From an uncultured Gemmatimonadales bacterium (GTDB lineage: Bacteria; Gemmatimonadota; Gemmatimonadetes; Gemmatimonadales; GWC2-71-9), in contig CAVSQW010000007.1 in assembly GCA_963730185.1 (NCBI GenBank), positions 672,001-736,000 on the forward strand: a stretch of DNA of 64,000 nucleotides, written 5' to 3'. The notes under the pieces are model-generated. The model saw only the letters and a program-made list of their open reading frames with translations. It was not told the origin of the DNA and did no database searches. Below are positions 1 through 10,070 of the stretch, piece after piece (position 1 is the first letter of the stretch; each line of letters opens with the position of its first letter). Made by a program: the position numbers and the translations under genes.

Positions 1-2013
1 GGCGGCAGCCAGACCTTCGGCTACTTCATCTCGGCCAACAAGCTCAACGAAGACGGGATCTACTACAACAACTTCCAGGATCGGATCGGCGGTCGGGCCA
101 ACTTCGACTTCACGCCGTCGCAGATCATCAACTTCAGCGTGAACTTCGGGTACACCCGGTCGCACTACCAGATGCCGCTCTCGGACAACGCCTCCAACGG
201 CATCCTCCGGAACGCGTACCGGGGCAAGGCTCGGGCGACCCTGGATCCCTGGTCGACGGGGTGGTTCAGCTTCGGCCCGGAGCAATCCAACGAATTCGAC
301 CTCCAGACCTACGAAGAACGGACCACGCTCGGACTGACGACCAACTTCAATCCGTTCAGCTGGTTGGAGAGCCGATTGGTGCTCGGCATGGACAAGTACG
401 ACCGTCGGGACCAGACCTTCTACCGGATCGACCCGACCCGGAAGTGGGGGGCGACCGCCGGAACCGGGCTGATCGACCAGCGGTTGCCGGTGACCCATAC
501 CTGGACCTTCGATTACTCGGCGACCGCCCGGGCGAAGGTCTCTTCGAACCTCACGTCGAAGACCTCGGCGGGGCTCCAGATCAATGCTCGCCAGTACCAC
601 CGCTACACGGCGACTGGTACCGGGCTGGTGGCCAACAACCTGAATCTGGTGGGCGCGGCCGCCACCACCTCGGCGGACGAGGGCTTCGTCGAGCAGACCT
701 CGCTCGGCGTCTTCGTGCAGAATCAGTTCGGCTGGAAAGACCGGCTCTTCGCGACTGCGGCGGTCCGGATCGACGACAACTCGGCCTTCGGCTCCAACTT
801 CTCGCTGGTGGTCTATCCGAAGGCCTCTCTGTCGTGGGTCATCTCGGAGGAGCCGTTCTTCCACCTGCCGTTCGTGGACGAGCTCAAGCTCCGGGCTGCC
901 TACGGACAGGCCGGCAACGCGCCGGCGCCGTTCTCGGCCGACCGGACCTTCTCGCCGGTGGCCACCCTGGTCGATCAGACGGCCACCAACGCGCTGACCC
1001 CGGCCGCCTACGGCAACACCAACCTCAAGGCCGAGACCGGCCAGGAAATCGAGCTGGGCTTCGACGCCTCGCTCTTCAAGAACGCGGTGGGGCTGGAGGT
1101 GACCTACTACAACCAGCACACCAAGGACGCGTTGATGTCGATTCCGGACGCGCCCTCGACCGGCTTCACCGCGACCCACTTGGTGAACGTGGGTGAGATC
1201 GCCAACAAGGGACTCGAGGTCCTGGCCCAGATGAGCCCGATCCGGGCCCGCAAGCTCACCTGGGACATGACGGTATCGGCGGCGTTCAATCACAACCAGC
1301 TGGTATCGTTCGGTGGGACCCGGAACGAGATCGCGTTCGGGGCCTTCACCAACTCGCAGCGGATGCGTGAAGGCTATCCGCTGGGCGGGTTCTGGGCGGT
1401 GGACGTGCTCCGGAACACGGACGGCTCGATCGCGCTCGATGCCAACGGCAACGTGACGGTCGATGCGACCTGCACCTGGCCGGACACGCAGGACCCGAAC
1501 GGGCCGGGCGGGAGCTGCCACGAGATCTACATGGGGCCGTCGACGCCCACCCGGGAAATCGGGTTCGGCAACGCCTTCACGATTCTGGGCAATCTCCGGC
1601 TCTACGCCCAGCTGGACTACAAGGGCGGTCAGCACATCGTCTGCGCCATCTGCTCGATCCGGCAGCGGATCAACACCAATACCTGGGCCGTGGCCAATCC
1701 GGACACGCCGCCCGAGGTGTACAAGCAGCTGACCAGCTTGCAGACGCTGACCTACATCATGCCGGGCGACTTCCTCAAGCTCCGCGAGGTGTCGCTCAGC
1801 TACAACGTCCCCTCCAGCCTCGGTCGGTTCTTCAAGGACTACCGCTGGAACGTGACGGTGTCGGCCCGGAATCTCTGGACGACCACCAAGTACAAGGGCA
1901 CCGGCGATCCGGAAGTGTCGTTCTACTCCGACGCCAACAATTTCGACCGGACCGACTACGCGGCCGTTCCGGCTCCGCGCCGGCTCCAGGTCACCGTCAA
2001 CGTCGCGTTCTGA
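1..2013 (+). CDS. SusC/RagA-family TonB-dependent outer-membrane receptor (5' end outside window)
   Basis: Frame is open from base 1. Motifs RIDDNSAFG, YPKASLSWVISEE, LKLRAAYGQAGN, GNTNLKAE, FLKLREVSLSY and a C-terminal Phe. Confidence 0.93.
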   Translation, partial: GGSQTFGYFISANKLNEDGIYYNNFQDRIGGRANFDFTPSQIINFSVNFGYTRSHYQMPLSDNASNGILRNAYRGKARATLDPWSTGWFSFGPEQSNEFDLQTYEERTTLGLTTNFNPFSWLESRLVLGMDKYDRRDQTFYRIDPTRKWGATAGTGLIDQRLPVTHTWTFDYSATARAKVSSNLTSKTSAGLQINARQYHRYTATGTGLVANNLNLVGAAATTSADEGFVEQTSLGVFVQNQFGWKDRLFATAAVRIDDNSAFGSNFSLVVYPKASLSWVISEEPFFHLPFVDELKLRAAYGQAGNAPAPFSADRTFSPVATLVDQTATNALTPAAYGNTNLKAETGQEIELGFDASLFKNAVGLEVTYYNQHTKDALMSIPDAPSTGFTATHLVNVGEIANKGLEVLAQMSPIRARKLTWDMTVSAAFNHNQLVSFGGTRNEIAFGAFTNSQRMREGYPLGGFWAVDVLRNTDGSIALDANGNVTVDATCTWPDTQDPNGPGGSCHEIYMGPSTPTREIGFGNAFTILGNLRLYAQLDYKGGQHIVCAICSIRQRINTNTWAVANPDTPPEVYKQLTSLQTLTYIMPGDFLKLREVSLSYNVPSSLGRFFKDYRWNVTVSARNLWTTTKYKGTGDPEVSFYSDANNFDRTDYAAVPAPRRLQVTVNVAF

Positions 2014-2023
2014 GGAGAGAACC

Positions 2024-3457
2024 ATGCGATTTCATAGATTCTCCAGATGGGCCGCCGGGCTGACGGTCGCCGCCTTCTCGGTGGTCCTCGTTGCCTGCGA
2101 CAGCATCCTGAAGGTCAACAATCCGCAGCAGATTCCGGTGGCGTCCCTGGACGACACCACCCTGATCGAGGCCCAGGTGGCCGGCGTCCTGGCCCAGTTC
2201 CAGGACGAGTACACCCGGAGCAACGGGGCGCTGCTCTGGAGCGCCAACTTCATTACCGACGAGCAGGTGACGGGGCTCAACTGGGAGGACTACGCCCGGG
2301 TCAACCAACGGATCGTGAACTACACCGAGGGACCGGTGCGGCTGATCTGGGCCGGGCTGAGCGGGATCATCCGCCAGTCCGAGGACGTGTCGGGTCGGAT
2401 CGAGGCGCTGCTCAGCGCGCAGGACAAGCGGCTGGCCCTGACCTCGGTGTACGCCGGGTACGGCTACACCCTGACCGGTGAAACGATGTGCATGGCGGTG
2501 TTTGGAACCGCCGAAAACCCGGGAACCGCAATCGAGACCCCGGACCAGATCTTCGCCCACGCGGTCCCCTGGTTCCAGAAAGCCATCTCGATCGGCGGCG
2601 CCACGGGGCAGACCGATCTCGTCAACCTGGCCCACGTCGGCCTGGCGCGCGCCTATCTCAGCATGGGCAACTTCGCCGGCGTCATTCAGGAAGCCTCGGC
2701 CGTCCCGTCGACCTTCCAGTACTGGGTCGAGTACTCGGCCTCGCAGACCGCGCTCAACGACGGCCTCTACGGCAACATCCACGGCGCCAACTTCAACATG
2801 GGCGTCTCGCCCTGGTTCCTGCAGGGCACGTTCGGCGATCTCGACATCATCGATACCCAGACCGATCCGCGGATTCAGCACGCCAAGGACTGGAAGAAGG
2901 GGCACAATGCCCTGACCCCACTCTACAAGCCCTACCAGGGGCTCCGGTTCAGCGGCTACACCGGCGAGACCCAGGCGCCGGCCTCGGCCGGCTGCCCGAA
3001 CTGCACCGGCGCGGTGGCGTCGTCGAGCGGCGACACCGGTCCGCTGCTGCTCTACCAGCAGGACACCCAGGTGCTGCTGGCCGACTACCTGGAAGCGCAG
3101 CACGACCTGATGGAAGCGACCCTCCGCTCGGGCGGAAGCGAGCAGGTGGTGCTCGACTTCGTGAACGCCCGACGGGCGGTAGGCAACGAGCCGCCGGTGA
3201 CGCTTTCCGGCTCGGCGCTCTTCGCGGAGCTCCGCCGCCAGCGCTCGCGGGACTTCTATCAGGGCGGGCTCCGGCTGGGCGATCTCCGGCGCTGGAAGCG
3301 GGACGGCGTAGGTGACTTCTTCCCGACCGGCAACCACGTGAACGTCGAGTGGGGCGCCTACAGCAACTGGACCTGCTACCCGCTCCCGCTGGAGGAATAC
3401 GAAGGGAACCCCGCCCTGCCCAAGCCGGCCGATCCCTTCACCCCGCCGGGCATCTGA
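2024..3457 (+). CDS. SusD/RagB-family surface lipoprotein
   Basis: GAGGAG RBS, lipobox LVAC, ARAYL helix, C-terminal LRLGDLRR...YPLP; lies directly after SusC. Confidence 0.9.
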   Translation: MRFHRFSRWAAGLTVAAFSVVLVACDSILKVNNPQQIPVASLDDTTLIEAQVAGVLAQFQDEYTRSNGALLWSANFITDEQVTGLNWEDYARVNQRIVNYTEGPVRLIWAGLSGIIRQSEDVSGRIEALLSAQDKRLALTSVYAGYGYTLTGETMCMAVFGTAENPGTAIETPDQIFAHAVPWFQKAISIGGATGQTDLVNLAHVGLARAYLSMGNFAGVIQEASAVPSTFQYWVEYSASQTALNDGLYGNIHGANFNMGVSPWFLQGTFGDLDIIDTQTDPRIQHAKDWKKGHNALTPLYKPYQGLRFSGYTGETQAPASAGCPNCTGAVASSSGDTGPLLLYQQDTQVLLADYLEAQHDLMEATLRSGGSEQVVLDFVNARRAVGNEPPVTLSGSALFAELRRQRSRDFYQGGLRLGDLRRWKRDGVGDFFPTGNHVNVEWGAYSNWTCYPLPLEEYEGNPALPKPADPFTPPGI

Positions 3458-3482
3458 CCCCGCGGTTCAACCGGGAACAGAG

Positions 3483-3524
3483 AGGGGTGGAAGGCCGGGC
3501 CAGGGCTTCCACCCCTTTCCTTTT
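3483..3524 (+). terminator. Probable intrinsic terminator after susD
   Basis: Stem AGGGGTGGAAG/CTTCCACCCCT followed by TTCCTTTT. Confidence 0.6.
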
Positions 3525-3542
3525 GGGGCGATCATCCAGGGT

Positions 3543-4409
3543 ATGACGCGGACCATCGTGGCGGCGGGGCTGGCCCTCGCCTGTGCCCATCCGCTCTGGG
3601 CGCAGCGAGTCCACGGCCAGCTGCGGGACCTCGAGACCAGGAAGCCGCTGGACGGCGGCCTGGTGACGCTGCGCACCGCCCGGGGCGAGCGGGTCGGGTC
3701 GGTGGCGGCGACCAACCAGGGCACCTTCGAGATCCTGGTGCCCGCCCCGGGCCTCTATTACGTGGAAGTGAACCGGCTGGGCTACCGTCTCCTTCGCGAC
3801 GGTCCGTTCGAGCTCGAGGCGGGCGGCGACCGGGAGGCGATCTACTCGCTCCAGCGCCAGGCCTTTCAGCTCGCCCCGATCGAGGTCAACGCGGCCCAAC
3901 CCAAGGCGCGGAGCACCTACCTCGAGGAGGTGGGCTTCTACGAACGACAGAAGTCGGACTTCGGGCACTTCATCACCCGCGAGGAAATCGAGCGACGCCA
4001 GGCTCACCGGTTCACGGACCTGCTCCGGCTCATCCCAGGCGTGGGGATCCAAGACAACGGGAACGGAAGCGGGTCGAGTATCCAGCTTCGGGGATCGATG
4101 CTCTCGCTCGGTGGGGCCTGTCATCCTCAGGTGATCGTGGACGGGCTAATCGTGATGCGGGGCACCGCTCGCCCGTGGCGTCCCGCCAACGCGCGTCCCG
4201 AGGACCGGGCCACCGAACAGTCGCTTCCCGCGCTCGATCCCGACCGCGAGCAGGTTTCGATCGACGACGTGGTCATGCCGGACGACGTGGAGGCGATCGA
4301 GGTGTTCCGGAGCGGCGTCCAGGTACCGGTTCGCTTCGGGGGCACCAGCACCTCCACCCAGTGCGGCGTGGTCGTGATCTGGACTCGGCGAGGCCACCGC
4401 GACTCGTGA
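3543..4409 (+). CDS. Secreted carboxypeptidase-regulatory-like domain plus TonB plug domain protein (no barrel)
   Basis: Signal peptide; N-terminal GQLRD...RLGY domain; plug motifs FITREEIE, DLLRLIPGV, VEAIEVF, CGVVVIWTR. Confidence 0.8.
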   Translation: MTRTIVAAGLALACAHPLWAQRVHGQLRDLETRKPLDGGLVTLRTARGERVGSVAATNQGTFEILVPAPGLYYVEVNRLGYRLLRDGPFELEAGGDREAIYSLQRQAFQLAPIEVNAAQPKARSTYLEEVGFYERQKSDFGHFITREEIERRQAHRFTDLLRLIPGVGIQDNGNGSGSSIQLRGSMLSLGGACHPQVIVDGLIVMRGTARPWRPANARPEDRATEQSLPALDPDREQVSIDDVVMPDDVEAIEVFRSGVQVPVRFGGTSTSTQCGVVVIWTRRGHRDS

Positions 4410-5608
4410 CGCAACCGATCGTTCCCGGACCCCGGTCGGCCCCGGTTCCCTGGCTGCTGACCGGGGCGCTGGCCGTGGTGCTGGCCTGCAGCCATCCCGC
4501 AACCGAGGCCGCGACTGGCGAGCCCGGTACCCCGATCGCGGGGCTTTCGCCCGCCGAGCTGGGGCGGTTCAAGGCGGGCGAGGCACTCTTCAACACCGTG
4601 TTCAATCCCGATCAAGGCCTGGGGCCCGCCTTCAACGAGAACCAGTGCAGCGCCTGCCACACCTCGCCGGCCAGCGGGGGAGTAGGCGGCGAGCGGATCC
4701 TCAAGGCGACCCGGTACGACGCCTCGACCGGCTGCGACCTGCTCGTGGCCCAGGGGGGCGAGAACGTCCGCCGGAAGGTCACCCGACCGGCGGCCGCCGG
4801 CGGGATCCCTCGCGAGTCGGTCCCCGACGGCGCCACGCCCGGTCACTTCACGGCTCCGTCGCTCTATGGGATCGGATTGGTCGATGCCGTGCCCCAGGCC
4901 GAGGTCGACGCGTTGGCCGATCCCGACGACCGGGACGGCGATGGGATTTCCGGCCGGGTCGGACGGACACCCGAGGGGCGGCCCGGGCGGTTCGGCCGGA
5001 AGGCCGACGTGGCCACCGTCGCCGACTTCGTGGCCTCCGCGCTCTATCTCGAGATGGGGCTCACCACCAGCCGGCACCCGGCCGACGAGGTCCAGGGCGC
5101 TCCGCCCCCACCCGCCACCGATCCGGGGCATGACCCGGAGGTCGACGACGCGTCGATGGCGTTGCTGGTGAGCTACGTCCGGCTCCTGGCGCCACCGGGC
5201 CGAGGCGCGCCACCCCCCGGGTGGACGGCCGAGTCGGTGGAGCGGGGGGAGCAGATCTTCGGCGCCATCGGCTGCAACCGATGCCACGTGCCGTCGCTCA
5301 CGACCGGCCCGGATTCCGCGCCGGCCCTGGCCCGGAAGCGGATCGCGCTCTACTCCGACCTGCTTCTCCACGACATGGGGCCCGGACTGGCCGACGTCTG
5401 CGGTCCAGGCGCCACGCCGTCCGAGATCCGGACCGAGGCCCTGATGGGAATCCGCTACCGCGACCTGCTGATGCACGACGGCCGGACCAGCAACCTCCGC
5501 CAGGCGGTGGAGCTGCACGACGGCGAGGCCCGACCCGCTCGGGATGCGTTCCGGGCGCTCTCGGCGGCCCAGCAGGCGGAGCTGATCGCCTTCCTCAAGA
5601 CGCTCTGA
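4406..5608 (+). CDS. Di-haem oxidoreductase (DHOR-type) lipoprotein
   Basis: GTG overlaps the upstream TGA; lipobox VLAC; CSACH and CNRCH; DPDDRDGDGISGR, GRFGRKA, SDLLLHDMG, MHDGR. Confidence 0.88.
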   Translation: MTQPIVPGPRSAPVPWLLTGALAVVLACSHPATEAATGEPGTPIAGLSPAELGRFKAGEALFNTVFNPDQGLGPAFNENQCSACHTSPASGGVGGERILKATRYDASTGCDLLVAQGGENVRRKVTRPAAAGGIPRESVPDGATPGHFTAPSLYGIGLVDAVPQAEVDALADPDDRDGDGISGRVGRTPEGRPGRFGRKADVATVADFVASALYLEMGLTTSRHPADEVQGAPPPPATDPGHDPEVDDASMALLVSYVRLLAPPGRGAPPPGWTAESVERGEQIFGAIGCNRCHVPSLTTGPDSAPALARKRIALYSDLLLHDMGPGLADVCGPGATPSEIRTEALMGIRYRDLLMHDGRTSNLRQAVELHDGEARPARDAFRALSAAQQAELIAFLKTL

Positions 5609-5643
5609 ATTCGACCCCGCCCCGGCCGCGTCCGGCCGTTTGC

Positions 5644-6174
5644 CTACGGCCGGCGCACCGGGAGGCCCATCGAGTGGCAGGAAATCTGGGCCCCCGCCGG
5701 AACGACCACCTTGGTGTCGATCGCGTCGTTGCCGCGCTGGCTCGGATCCTCCTCGTACGGCTGGATGGTCTCGGCCACGGCACCGTGGAGGTCGTACGTC
5801 GTCCGGCCGATCCGCGGCGGCCGCGTGAACTGCATGGCCGTCGCGCCCCGATAGAAGAACTCGATCGCCACCGGCGTGACCGCGTGACCCTGGGTGGGCG
5901 GCTGGATCGTGACCGAGCGGTTGCAGATCTCCTGGCCGCCGGCCCCGTTCCGGGCGTTGACCCAGGCCAGGATCGGGTGGGTCCCGGGTGCGCCGCTGTT
6001 GCCGACCGTGAGGATCACCCGGATCATCATCCCGCCCGGCACCGAATGAGCCGGCGGGTTGGTGCCGTTGCCCCCTCCGGAGAGTCCGACCCAAAAGTCG
6101 GGGCCCGCCGAGACCCAACTGAGGCTGGCGAGCACGGCCGCGAGGCCAAGGATGGAGTGCCGTAGATTGGGCAT
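5644..6174 (-). CDS. Secreted hypothetical protein, possibly CARDB/Ig-like, 2 Cys
   Basis: Signal peptide and beta-rich composition; last gene of a tightly coupled 4-gene operon. Confidence 0.65.
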   Translation of the reverse strand: MPNLRHSILGLAAVLASLSWVSAGPDFWVGLSGGGNGTNPPAHSVPGGMMIRVILTVGNSGAPGTHPILAWVNARNGAGGQEICNRSVTIQPPTQGHAVTPVAIEFFYRGATAMQFTRPPRIGRTTYDLHGAVAETIQPYEEDPSQRGNDAIDTKVVVPAGAQISCHSMGLPVRRP

Positions 6175-6176
6175 GT

Positions 6177-6653
6177 TCACTTGTCCGGTGGATCGGGACA
6201 GTCGTAGGTGCAGCTGAGCTCGGTGTCGCTTCCGGAGACCCCGGTGATGAAGCACTGGACGCCGGCCACGGAGAGCGGCGGACACGCGACGATCGGACCG
6301 CCGGGGGTGCGGTGAAGCTTGACGATGACGGTCGCGGCGTTGGGGGCGTTGGCTGTCGTCGAGGGGATGGCCGGCACGACCCGACGGTGGATGGGGACGG
6401 AGTACTTGGCACCCCAGGCCACCAGGGCGCTGTGGATCGGTCCGAGCCGCTGGTTGATCAGCGCGATCGTGAGACTGGACCGGGGCAGGTTGGCAATGGC
6501 CGTCGTGGCCTGGGCGCGGATCGCCGAGAGGTCGCGGTCCCGGGGCTGGATCGAGGGGGCGACGGGGTGGCGCTGCGCCAGCGCGGGAGTCGCTACCGTC
6601 GACCCCAACCCGGCGAGGAGGAGCATCACGATCGGCATTCTGGAGACCGGCAT
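6177..6653 (-). CDS. Secreted Cys4 protein, paralog C
   Basis: Signal peptide ending ALA-Q; shares LGP..S.L.AW..Y.V and L.C.YDCPD motifs with its neighbours. Confidence 0.75.
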   Translation of the reverse strand: MPVSRMPIVMLLLAGLGSTVATPALAQRHPVAPSIQPRDRDLSAIRAQATTAIANLPRSSLTIALINQRLGPIHSALVAWGAKYSVPIHRRVVPAIPSTTANAPNAATVIVKLHRTPGGPIVACPPLSVAGVQCFITGVSGSDTELSCTYDCPDPPDK

Positions 6654-6666
6654 CGAAAGCCTCGCT

Positions 6667-7164
6667 TCACGGGTTGAGGGTATCGGGGCAGTCGTAGACG
6701 CAGATCAAAGTGTTGTTGACGATTTGGGCGTCGGTGATGCCGCAGGGCATCCCCGTGCTGGCCCATTCCATCGGGCAGGTGGCCGTTCCGCCGTGGGGAA
6801 TGTCCACCGTGACGATCTTGGTGCTGGCGATCGGCCGGTTACCGGCCAGCCTGGTGGCCGGAACCCGGTGGGTGGTGAGCTTGACGTGGTACCGGGCGGC
6901 CCAGGCGGCCAGCGAGGTTCGAACCGGCGCCAGTTTGGCGGTCAAGGTGGCGGCGGTGAGGCCCTTCTGGGTCGCGAGCTGGGCATAGAGGGTGCGCGCC
7001 GAGCCGATCAGCGTCTGGTAGTCGTGGTCGCGGGCGGCGGTCGAGGCGGCCGGACCGGTGGGACGATGGACCTGGGCCCCGGCGGTGGCCGCGCCGGTCA
7101 GGAGGAGGAGCGTGGCGAGTTGGCCCACGCGATGGACTCGGTGACCTCGTTCGGGTGCCGGCAT
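6667..7164 (-). CDS. Secreted Cys4 protein, paralog B
   Basis: ATG overlaps the stop of paralog A (TGATG); signal ending AGA-Q; ends LICVYDCPD. Confidence 0.75.
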   Translation of the reverse strand: MPAPERGHRVHRVGQLATLLLLTGAATAGAQVHRPTGPAASTAARDHDYQTLIGSARTLYAQLATQKGLTAATLTAKLAPVRTSLAAWAARYHVKLTTHRVPATRLAGNRPIASTKIVTVDIPHGGTATCPMEWASTGMPCGITDAQIVNNTLICVYDCPDTLNP

Positions 7165-7667
7165 CACATCTCCGCTGGTTGATTGTCGGGGCATTCGTAG
7201 ATGCAGTAGAGCTGCGATCCCTCCCGGTCGACCGCCACGAGGGTGCAGGGATGGCCGTCCGGTCCGGACGGATCACAGTCGACCGTGCCACCGTTCAGGT
7301 CGATGATCTTGATGACCGTGGCCGCGTTCGGGAGCCCGCTCTTCCCGCCGGGCGGTTCGCGGTTGGCGGTGATCACCTTGTGGGTTTTCAGCACGACGTG
7401 GTAACGGGAGGCCCAGGCCTCGAGGCTGGCCCGCACCGGCCCTAGCAGGGCGGTGATCCGGGCCGGTGCGAGCCGACCCATCCCGGCGATCCGGGCTCTC
7501 GTGCCCCTCGCCTGCTTCATGATGTCGAGGTACTGAGATTTCTGGGGCGCGCTCCACGCCGGCGGACGTAGGGCGCGGGGTTGCGCCAGGACGGGCACGG
7601 CCAGAATGGCGCCCAGCAGGACGCCGGCGAGGCCGGGCCGACCGATCAGGCTGCCGAAACGGATCAT
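7164..7667 (-). CDS. Secreted Cys4 protein, paralog A
   Basis: AGGAG RBS before ATG at 7667; signal ending VLA-Q; ends LYCIYECPD. Confidence 0.75.
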   Translation of the reverse strand: MIRFGSLIGRPGLAGVLLGAILAVPVLAQPRALRPPAWSAPQKSQYLDIMKQARGTRARIAGMGRLAPARITALLGPVRASLEAWASRYHVVLKTHKVITANREPPGGKSGLPNAATVIKIIDLNGGTVDCDPSGPDGHPCTLVAVDREGSQLYCIYECPDNQPAEM

Positions 7668-8083
7668 GGGGTCTCCTGGGCTCATGGTGAAGGTTCGCTC
7701 GCTCGGCGGCCGTCCTGCCTGGCCCGAATCCGCCGCCCCATGATAGGACCGGCGTCTCACACGGCTCTCATTGCCGGATCAACCTGTGTCAACAGGTTGC
7801 CACTTCGGGTCTTGGGGAGTTCGACCGGGCGAGGAACGGGACCCCACGGATCGGCGCGCCATCCAGCGACGGCGGATCTGCCGCTTGACGCCGGGGCGCC
7901 CCATTCGCCGTCGTGGGTACCGTCGTGCCGGCGGCGACGGGGCGGAGGTCGTCGCGCAGCTGTTGGATGCCGGGAGCGGGACCGCCGCTCAGGCCTTCTC
8001 GGCGAGCCAGCCGACCTGGGAGTTGTGGGCGGCCCCCGGCTACGCCTAGACAGGCTGCCTATCGATAGGTAGAATGTCTTGGT

Positions 8084-8422
8084 ATGAGTCCCGATCGCCG
8101 TCGCGCCGACATCCTCCAGGGCATGCTGGACATGCTGATCCTCAAGACGGTGGCCGACGAGCCGCTCCATGGCTACGCCGTGGCCCAGCGGATTCGGCTG
8201 CTCTCGGGCGACCGGCTCCAGATTCCGCAAGGCTCGCTCTACCCCGCGCTTCACCGGCTCGAGCTGAAGGGCTTTCTCAAGAGCCAGTGGGCCGCGACCG
8301 AGACCGGTCGGGACGCCAAGTTCTATCGGTTGACCCCCAAAGGACGCCGCCAGCTCGACGCGGAACTGTCGGGCTGGCGGGAGCTGTCGGTCGCGATCTC
8401 TCTGGTATTGGGCGCGACCTGA
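8084..8422 (+). CDS. PadR-family transcriptional regulator
   Basis: LQGMLDMLILK, LHGYAVAQRI, GSLYPALHRLE, KFYRLT; divergent from the Cys4 operon. Confidence 0.92.
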   Translation: MSPDRRRADILQGMLDMLILKTVADEPLHGYAVAQRIRLLSGDRLQIPQGSLYPALHRLELKGFLKSQWAATETGRDAKFYRLTPKGRRQLDAELSGWRELSVAISLVLGAT

Positions 8423-8426
8423 TCGG

Positions 8427-8813
8427 TCAGCGGGGAACGAGGCCGAGCAGGCGGCCGGTGTTGCACTCGATCCGGAGCAGCTCGTCGAGGCCGGCGCCGT
8501 AGCGGCCCGGCGGTCCTGCGTAGTCGCCCACCCCCCCGGCGGACCGGACCAGCCGGGCCACTCCCCGATCCCGCGGATCGATCAGCGGTGAGAGACATCC
8601 GCTCCCGGCCAGCGTGTCGGCCGGTTGCAGCAGCGCTCGACGGTTACCGGGCTCGAATCGGGCCGGGGCCCCGCTGGCAGGCCGGACGGACTCGGGCCCG
8701 GGCATGGTTTCGGGACCGTGGTGCCCGCAGCCGAGAGCTCCCGCCAGCAGCGACGACACGATCACCGCCGCGATCCGACGCGCGCCGCGACCGATGAGCT
8801 CGCTCGAAGTCAT
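8427..8813 (-). CDS. Hypothetical lipoprotein
   Basis: GGAGG RBS, lipobox ALGC, two further Cys. Confidence 0.65.
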   Translation of the reverse strand: MTSSELIGRGARRIAAVIVSSLLAGALGCGHHGPETMPGPESVRPASGAPARFEPGNRRALLQPADTLAGSGCLSPLIDPRDRGVARLVRSAGGVGDYAGPPGRYGAGLDELLRIECNTGRLLGLVPR

Positions 8814-8949
8814 GGATTGCCTCCTGACGTTCGATCAAGCTGGCTGGTTGCCCTGGGATGTCAACCGGGAAATAGGGACTGGTGAGTCGGGAGTCGTGAG
8901 TGGGGAGGGAACAGGGACTGGGGACTAGGGGGGTCGAAGGGTCGAGGGA

Positions 8950-10011
8950 CTACGGCAGGCGGACGGCGGAGTAGGTGAAGGGCGTGCCCCGGTCGTTGCC
9001 GCTGCCGGTGTGATCGCCGCGGACCCAATGGGGGAAGACGGCGCCGCCGACCTGAGTGAGGGTGTAGGTGCCGTCGCCGTTGTCCACCAGACTCTCGACG
9101 AACGAGTCGGGGGTGAACTTCGGGTCCCATGGCATGTCCTCGACGTAGAAGCGGCGGAAGTAGCCGCCCACGAAGCGACCGCTGCCCAGCTCGAACATCA
9201 GGCCGACGGTGGCGGCGTCGTTGACCCGGTACCGCTCGACGGCCGGCGGACTGGTGCCCGGCACCGCGACGATGGTGGTGTAGGCCGCGCACACGAAGGG
9301 GTCGGTGGCCGCGGCCGGGGTGCAGTTGATCCCTCCGCCGGCCTCGGCGGTGGTTGGGTCGGCCAGCGCGGCGTAGGCGATGTCGCGGATGTCGAAGTAG
9401 AGCCGGAGCACGACCGGAATCGCGATCGTGTCCGACACGACCAGCGCCGGCACGATATCGAAGGCGGCGCCGCACCCGTGAAACCGCACCGGCACCGGCT
9501 GGGGTGTCCCGGTCGGGGCCAGGTTGCCGGCGGTCTGGGTCACGTAGCCGACTCCCCCGATGGTCGTCGTGCCCGTCAGATAGGCGTTCCACTCGGTCTC
9601 GGCGTTGCCACAGTAGCTGACGACGACCTGATCGTAGGTGCCGACCGGGACCGACACGGGGTCGGTGCTGAGCAGAGTGGACAGCTCGGGGCCGTTGAGC
9701 TCCACCAGGCAGTCGTCGGCCACCAGGCCGCTGCACTCGTAGAGCGGCGCGTCGCTGGTGCCCGACCCCCGGATCTCGATCCGGGTAATCGGGCTCTTGA
9801 GGGAGCTCAGGCTCACCTGGCTGGTCCAGGGAATGGTGCCCGGCGGGGTCGCCGCCGGGCCCGTCTGCACGATCGGGGATGCGCTGGCGTTCCCACCCAA
9901 CCGGACCAGCTCGGCGTGGACCGAGACATCGGAGCTTCCGCCGCCGCAGGCGGCAAGCACGACGGAGGCCGAGAGGACCAGCACCGGACACCAGCGGGAA
10001 GAAGCATTCAT
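8950..10011 (-). CDS. Hypothetical Cys-containing lipoprotein
   Basis: Lipobox LAAC; coding-like composition; downstream of the two-component system. Confidence 0.7.
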   Translation of the reverse strand: MNASSRWCPVLVLSASVVLAACGGGSSDVSVHAELVRLGGNASASPIVQTGPAATPPGTIPWTSQVSLSSLKSPITRIEIRGSGTSDAPLYECSGLVADDCLVELNGPELSTLLSTDPVSVPVGTYDQVVVSYCGNAETEWNAYLTGTTTIGGVGYVTQTAGNLAPTGTPQPVPVRFHGCGAAFDIVPALVVSDTIAIPVVLRLYFDIRDIAYAALADPTTAEAGGGINCTPAAATDPFVCAAYTTIVAVPGTSPPAVERYRVNDAATVGLMFELGSGRFVGGYFRRFYVEDMPWDPKFTPDSFVESLVDNGDGTYTLTQVGGAVFPHWVRGDHTGSGNDRGTPFTYSAVRLP

Positions 10012-10070
10012 ACCGACGCAAGCTAGGAACGGCGCTCCCGTCCGCCATCGCATCATCATGCGATGGCCCG

